From IMG/VR virus record IMGVR_UViG_3300027909_000021: DNA of 64,000 nt. The stretch is one strand, 5' to 3'. The notes under the pieces are model-generated. The model was not told the DNA's origin and searched no databases. It saw only the letters and a list, made by a program, of their open reading frames with translations. Numbering within the stretch: the stretch's first letter is position 1; the number at the start of each line of letters is the position of its first letter. Positions 59,345 to 64,000 of this stretch are shown piece after piece. Source of the DNA: a virus. The position numbers and the translations under genes are program-made.

Positions 59345-60141
59345 CAGAACGGCGGCTCATCGTTCTGGTAACCGCCCTGAGCATTGCGGCTACGGCTGAG
59401 GAAGGTACCGTCGCCCCGGTCGTCACGGCCACGGCCGGAGTACGGATCGCGGGCGTACGGGTCACGTCGCGGCGGGGGTTCGTCACGCTGCCGCCGGGTG
59501 TCGGTGTATCCGTCGTGCCGGTCGTAGCGCCGGTCATCATGCTGTCCGTAGTCGCGGGGACCACGGTCGTCGTAGCGGGGCCCGGGATCACGCTGAGACC
59601 GGTAACCGTCGTCACGCTGCCACTCCGGGCGAGCCTTGCGGGGGTCATACTCCTCCCGCTCCCGGAATGTCGCGGTCCATGGCGGCGGGGCCGAGATCGC
59701 CTTGAACTCCGGGTGGTCGTTGAGCCACTTGCGCCCCAGGTCCACGGCGTTGGTGTCGTGTTTCATCTCGTACACCGAGTACGGGCTCGACTTGTCCGAC
59801 GGGTCCTTTTGCTTCCAGATCAGCAGCAGGGTCTTGCCAACGGACCGCTTCAGTTCCTTGATGAGCAGTCCGGTCAGGATCATGGCCTGGGAGTACACGC
59901 GTCCTCGGGTGCCATCATCAGCATCCACGTCCAGGTCAACAATGGAAGCCCGCAGCGCATTGTTCGGCCACTCCTTACCGTTGCGAGTGACATAGCCCGT
60001 CGGGCAGAACTCTGTCACTACCGGGCTGATCTCGTCCCACAGCTTCACGATCAACAGATGGTTCTGGTGACTGCGGGGATCGAATAGCTCACCAGCCCCA
60101 CCGGATTCAAAGTCGTCGAAGTCGTCAGTTGGTTGCGTCAT
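59344..60141 (-). CDS. putative ssDNA-binding protein
   Basis: A globular N-terminal half, an R/D/G/Y-rich linker and the C-terminal tip NDEPPF typical of SSB tails. Confidence 0.5.
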   Translation of the reverse strand: MTQPTDDFDDFESGGAGELFDPRSHQNHLLIVKLWDEISPVVTEFCPTGYVTRNGKEWPNNALRASIVDLDVDADDGTRGRVYSQAMILTGLLIKELKRSVGKTLLLIWKQKDPSDKSSPYSVYEMKHDTNAVDLGRKWLNDHPEFKAISAPPPWTATFREREEYDPRKARPEWQRDDGYRSQRDPGPRYDDRGPRDYGQHDDRRYDRHDGYTDTRRQRDEPPPRRDPYARDPYSGRGRDDRGDGTFLSRSRNAQGGYQNDEPPF

Positions 60142-60350
60142 TGCTCTTCTCCCCCTTCTGGGTAGATTTCCACCCGAGTCGTGACTCTCCAGGGACGGTT
60201 ACTGTAGGCAAGCACTTCCCCGGATTCATTTACCGCCTCGACGTCGCCGCATCCTTCCTGGGTCTGCGTTCCCACCACGGCGGAGCCCTCGGTGCCCCAG
60301 CTTTCCGTTGGCTCGCCCCGGTAACCCTTAAGGGTTAGGTTAAACGTCAC
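60138..60350 (-). CDS. hypothetical protein (70 aa)
   Basis: Track ORF. Confidence 0.55.
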   Translation of the reverse strand: MTFNLTLKGYRGEPTESWGTEGSAVVGTQTQEGCGDVEAVNESGEVLAYSNRPWRVTTRVEIYPEGGEEQ

Positions 60351-60558
60351 CGGCCTTCCCCTTCAGTTTGTGCTCTCCGATGTGCTGTGCCGCACTGGTC
60401 CACATCATTGACTCAGTGCGAAAGCTGCCCCGCGAGTCGTTGTCGCAGCTGCACTGCCAGTGGAACCAGGTACCTCCGCTGCCATCACCAACGTAGGTAT
60501 CCGTTCGGTTGAAGAAGATGGTGAACCCGTCGTCGTCATGACGTCCCAGCGAGGTCAT
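60340..60558 (-). CDS. hypothetical protein (72 aa), paralog of 60555-60749
   Basis: ATGA-coupled internal start. Shares the motif W.C.CD ... H..EH with its neighbour. Confidence 0.55.
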   Translation of the reverse strand: MTSLGRHDDDGFTIFFNRTDTYVGDGSGGTWFHWQCSCDNDSRGSFRTESMMWTSAAQHIGEHKLKGKAGDV

Positions 60559-60749
60559 TGGTCTTCTTCTCCTTCGTGCATTGCCCGGTGCTCCTCCATG
60601 GCGGCTAACATCACTCGTTTCGAGGTGTACTCGTGAATTTGTGAGTCGCAGGTGCACATCCAGAGGAATTTGAGCGAGTGGCCCCGGCGGTAACCCCATT
60701 CCAGGTAAAAATCGTCACCCAGGTATTCACCTAACTGGTCAGTAATCAC
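60555..60749 (-). CDS. hypothetical protein (64 aa), paralog of 60340-60558
   Basis: GTGA-coupled start following AAGGAG. Confidence 0.55.
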   Translation of the reverse strand: MITDQLGEYLGDDFYLEWGYRRGHSLKFLWMCTCDSQIHEYTSKRVMLAAMEEHRAMHEGEEDQ

Positions 60750-61672
60750 TTCTTCTCCTTTCGTACCATTTTGTACCCAGCGCAGCCTTTGTCGGTGGCC
60801 GGGTCGTCGGCACCCATGGCCTTGTTGAACAGCGGGCAGTACTGGCACCACAGGAAGTCCGGTTTCGCGGGGACCCGGTCCCAGATCTCGGGGTGGTTCT
60901 TTATGTCCGACTTCTCCAGCCGGGCGGCCAGTCGGTACACCCTGGTCAGGGCCTCAATGGCAATTTCGGGGCGGTAGTCGTCGGCCCATACGTACATGTC
61001 GTCCAGGCGTCCGGAGCGGGGGACGAAGGCGAACGCCACCTTCGTGATGTTGTGCCCGGCGGCGTTGAGCCCGTACGCGTAGGAGTGGATCTGCGGCAGG
61101 TACGAGGCTCTCGGGCCGGTGTCGGGCAACTTGCGCATCACGTCGGGACTGGCGGACTTGATGTCGATGACAATTTCGCCATGAACCAGGTCGGCTTTGC
61201 CACGGATTTCGGGGGTGACCTGAACTGGGTGTTCGATCAGCCACTCGTGGCCGTCGCGTAGTTCGGCTTCTTTGGCGTATTTGCGGATGACTGCCTCTAG
61301 GCGGGTGTGGATGCTGGAGCCGACGAACGCCGCCCACGGGTCGCCCATGTTGTACCCGGTCACCCCAGCGATCTTGTAGGCGAGCCGCCGGTCACATTCG
61401 ACACCCAGATCTGATGGCCCCAGCGCCAGCTGCATCTTGCGTGGCGCGAACTCTTCATACATCCGCACCATGGTCATCAGTTCGGCTTTGATGTCGGCTG
61501 CCAACCCCCCCAGGGGCGCATCACCCGGGGCGGCAAACGGGTTCACCGACGCCGGAATGTCTTGCTCAGCTGGCATGCCGGTGACGCTACAGCTGGGGTG
61601 CGACAAGACCCCCCAGGCGGCCATCTTCTCGTCTAGGGGTCCGCGGCAAACGGCACAGGTCACCGGTTCCAT
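60746..61672 (-). CDS. Cas4/RecB-family PD-(D/E)XK exonuclease with Fe-S cysteines
   Basis: Contains GKADLV...IVIDIKS, QIHSYAY, an N-terminal ECDRR Cys and the C-terminal pattern CQYC......C. Confidence 0.7.
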   Translation of the reverse strand: MEPVTCAVCRGPLDEKMAAWGVLSHPSCSVTGMPAEQDIPASVNPFAAPGDAPLGGLAADIKAELMTMVRMYEEFAPRKMQLALGPSDLGVECDRRLAYKIAGVTGYNMGDPWAAFVGSSIHTRLEAVIRKYAKEAELRDGHEWLIEHPVQVTPEIRGKADLVHGEIVIDIKSASPDVMRKLPDTGPRASYLPQIHSYAYGLNAAGHNITKVAFAFVPRSGRLDDMYVWADDYRPEIAIEALTRVYRLAARLEKSDIKNHPEIWDRVPAKPDFLWCQYCPLFNKAMGADDPATDKGCAGYKMVRKEKK

Positions 61673-61851
61673 GCCCACCAGACATGCCAACGGCCCCACC
61701 GGTCGCGACCCGCATGCTCGCGAAAGCCATATCCCACATGGCCTTCGATATGCAGGGCCTCTTTCTCGCAGGCAACAGTGCCCCGGGGGCCACGTTTAGC
61801 GCAGCAGCGCAGGATGCGTTCCTGCGGCCGGCGGCGTCGAACGGAGATCAT
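61660..61851 (-). CDS. small Cys/His protein (63 aa)
   Basis: Internal ATG of ORF 61660-61914. Confidence 0.4.
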   Translation of the reverse strand: MISVRRRRPQERILRCCAKRGPRGTVACEKEALHIEGHVGYGFREHAGRDRWGRWHVWWAWNR

Positions 61852-61936
61852 GGCCTGATTATGCCGAAACGGTGAGACAAAAAGAGGCCCGCCGAGCCGT
61901 TGAATAGTCAACAACCCGGCGGGCCTTAGCGATGGT

Positions 61937-62119
61937 TCAGTTGTAGCAGTCGCAGGCGTGCATCGAGCAGCAGTGGGCGCAGCCGTTAGAGCAGTTGTAC
62001 CCGTCGCCGCGAGGCTGCTCCAGCTCCGCCTTCAGCCGGACAATCTCGTCTTCCAGCTGCTCGATCTTCTTCAGTCGGGCGTCGAACATGGCGCCCAGCA
62101 GCTCTTCGTCACTCTTCAT
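61937..62119 (-). CDS. coiled-coil plus Cys-cluster protein (60 aa)
   Basis: AGGAG precedes the ATG at 62119. The C-terminus is CSNGCAHCCSMHACDC. Confidence 0.55.
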   Translation of the reverse strand: MKSDEELLGAMFDARLKKIEQLEDEIVRLKAELEQPRGDGYNCSNGCAHCCSMHACDCYN

Positions 62120-62436
62120 GGTCTCTCCTGCACCTTCTGGTGTCGCCGCAGCAGGCCCGGCTCCAAGTTCAGCAGCTTGCGCCACCAGGACCGGTCGGCC
62201 AGCGCCTTGTCGATGCACCGTTCGCAGCCGACGTGGGAACAGTAGTGGCACTGCCCCTCGCAGCCGCACAGGTCGTGCGGCTCATACGGGTGCACGTCCA
62301 GGCAGTAAGCCAGCCCCCCGCAATGACCCGTGTACCCGTGCCGCCGGGCCCATTCCGAACCTGGCCAGTGTGGACAGTCGGCCCGATGATCCCAGTCTGG
62401 TCCCGCTGGGGTGAAGCAGTGCGGGCAGCTCTTCAT
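62116..62436 (-). CDS. Cys/His-rich protein (106 aa)
   Basis: ATGA-coupled internal start of ORF 62116-62682. Confidence 0.55.
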   Translation of the reverse strand: MKSCPHCFTPAGPDWDHRADCPHWPGSEWARRHGYTGHCGGLAYCLDVHPYEPHDLCGCEGQCHYCSHVGCERCIDKALADRSWWRKLLNLEPGLLRRHQKVQERP

Positions 62437-62570
62437 CTGGCTGCCCCCGGCATCCGCTTGTTGCACCACAGGCAAAAGTCGTGCTCCGGCCGGCCACACT
62501 GGTCCCGCTCCGGATCGGCCCACTCGGGCCGGTCGTCTCGCCATAGCCAACGCATCACCCGGGCTCTCAT
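62433..62570 (-). CDS. small zinc-ribbon-like protein (45 aa)
   Basis: ATGA-coupled at both ends with high GC3. Below the track cutoff. Confidence 0.45.
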   Translation of the reverse strand: MRARVMRWLWRDDRPEWADPERDQCGRPEHDFCLWCNKRMPGAAR

Positions 62571-62911
62571 GTGTCATCCCTGGGGTCGGTAGCTCCGAAG
62601 CCTTCCTCAATCGCCCGCATCTTGCGGGCCGCCGCCCCGAACTTCGCCTGGACGTCCAGAAACCGAGTCGACGGGGCGTCATTCCACCGGCTGATCATGT
62701 CTCTGGTGCCGGTGTCGGGGATGAGCCCCGCCAGGATCTTGCGGGCAGCTTCGAGGTCGCACCAGTCACCCGAGCGGGCCTTCGCCGCCATGTTCAAGGC
62801 GCGGGCGGCGCACACAGACCCGCCGGGGCCGAACGATGCGCCCTTGTGCCAGCCGAGTTCGGACATGATCCGCACTGCGACCTCGAAGTCTGAAGCTACC
62901 AAAGTCCTCAT
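62567..62911 (-). CDS. hypothetical protein (114 aa)
   Basis: AAAGGAG precedes the ATG at 62911. Confidence 0.6.
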   Translation of the reverse strand: MRTLVASDFEVAVRIMSELGWHKGASFGPGGSVCAARALNMAAKARSGDWCDLEAARKILAGLIPDTGTRDMISRWNDAPSTRFLDVQAKFGAAARKMRAIEEGFGATDPRDDT

Positions 62912-63231
62912 CGGATCTCCTTTACGGGGCCGATCTGCCACCGGGCGGTGTCCGCGCCGAATCTCGCGTTGGTCGGCTTCCATGTCACCCCGTCGGAACT
63001 CTGCCAGCCGTTCACGTCGATGTGGGCGGCGCAGGTCCACACCTCGTGGGGGACAGTTCCGGCGGTCCGGAACCGGCGTACGTGGGTGGCTGGGGCTCCG
63101 CACATGCATCCTCGGGCCCTGGCTTCGGCGTTGGATTCACGGAACCGTTTGTCGACCGCGGCTGTGTGCCAACGGCCCCACCGGTCGGAGCGGGAGGCAA
63201 ATATCTCCAGGAGCCATCTGCATAGTCTCAT
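62908..63231 (-). CDS. hypothetical protein (107 aa)
   Basis: Internal ATG at 63231 of ORF 62908-63327. Confidence 0.55.
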   Translation of the reverse strand: MRLCRWLLEIFASRSDRWGRWHTAAVDKRFRESNAEARARGCMCGAPATHVRRFRTAGTVPHEVWTCAAHIDVNGWQSSDGVTWKPTNARFGADTARWQIGPVKEIR

Positions 63232-63298
63232 CGCCTTTTTCTTCCCCTTTCCTGGGAAAAGCGTGGGTTCCAGGGCACCCCGGAACCCACGCTCTCGT

Positions 63299-63586
63299 CT
63301 ACTCGATGTTGATCTTCTCGACACCAATGGCCTGTAGATAGATGGTCAGATCCCACGGATGCGGAACCGACACACCCTTCTCCAGCAGTGACACCACGGC
63401 AAGGGTGGACTCCATCTGAAGGGCCACCTGCTTGGCGGTCATCCCGCGTTCCTCGCGGAACTTGCGGCATTCGGCCATGAAACTCAGCCACATCGGTGGG
63501 GCCTTGTCCCCCTTGTAAAGGGTGCGCCGGGGGGCATAGCTACGTCCGCTTGCACCGCCGCGAACCGGCTTACGGTCCGCGGTCAC
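63299..63586 (-). CDS. XRE-family helix-turn-helix regulator
   Basis: FREERGMTAKQVALQMESTLAVVSLLEKG is a typical XRE HTH. Confidence 0.65.
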   Translation of the reverse strand: MTADRKPVRGGASGRSYAPRRTLYKGDKAPPMWLSFMAECRKFREERGMTAKQVALQMESTLAVVSLLEKGVSVPHPWDLTIYLQAIGVEKINIE

Positions 63587-63921
63587 ACCGGCTCCGGGAA
63601 GGTCTCAGGGTGCTTGCCGCCCATCTTGTAGGACAAGATGGTGACCTTCTCGCCCAGCCGCCACGCATTCCACGCCTTGATGGTCATGGCGAGGACGATA
63701 GCGATCCCCCGGTGCCCGCGGTCCTTGCGTAGCCGCTTGAGAGCTTCGATCAGCTCGTAGATGGGGTCAGTGGCGTGCAGCCCCTGGCCGTCTTGAAGCC
63801 GGGCGAAAAACTCTTCCGCGTCGGAAGGCGCGAGGTCTTCGAACAGCCAGTGCACCAGCGCCAAGACGCTGGGGGGCAGCAGGTGATCGCCTCGCTGGTA
63901 TTCGCTGGTCATCGTCGACAC
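63583..63921 (-). CDS. hypothetical protein (112 aa)
   Basis: Track ORF. Confidence 0.6.
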   Translation of the reverse strand: MSTMTSEYQRGDHLLPPSVLALVHWLFEDLAPSDAEEFFARLQDGQGLHATDPIYELIEALKRLRKDRGHRGIAIVLAMTIKAWNAWRLGEKVTILSYKMGGKHPETFPEPV

Positions 63922-64000
63922 CAGGGTTCGGAACGTGTCGGGGTCTTCGTCGAAGAATCCGAGCAGGGTGGCGTTGGTGAACTGGCCACGCTTGGCGATC

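Overview
GC-rich dsDNA actinobacteriophage (or prophage) segment with siphovirus-type gene order. All calls were made by eye from the sequence and the ORF track; no searches were run. Layout: (i) 1-4433, a cassette of convergent small genes bounded by a perfect 125-bp inverted repeat. (ii) 4766-5950, a long non-coding control region with GGTACT/AGTACC iterons around an AT-rich core. (iii) 5240-13634 (+), about 35 mostly translationally coupled small genes, including AbrB-like, RHH, DUF2493/SLOG, HTH, endonuclease VII and many Cys-rich proteins. (iv) 13464-42622 (-), a complete late block running terminase, portal, MuF, a 1353-aa multidomain head protein, protease, capsid, tail tube, chaperones, tape measure, minor tail/fibre paralogs, holin-like protein and M15-like lysin. 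(v) 42830-49149 (+), an RNA island with about 23 tRNA genes (several non-canonical), four tandem Y-RNA-like/tRNA-mimic units and a Ro60/TROVE (Rsr) gene, followed by a Cys-rich protein and a vWA protein. (vi) 50946-54713 (+), small genes plus an SPFH lipoprotein. (vii) 54710-64000 (-), a replication block with prim-pol/SF3 helicase, SSB-like protein, Cas4-like nuclease and an XRE regulator. Two DUF397 genes, a BldC-like regulator and no recognisable LysB point to a Streptomyces-like, non-mycolate host. The strongest candidate for a new system is the phage Rsr gene with its four covarying Y-RNA-like genes, embedded in a tRNA array that holds unusual tRNA-like RNAs. Most long ORFs antisense to these genes are high-GC shadow ORFs.
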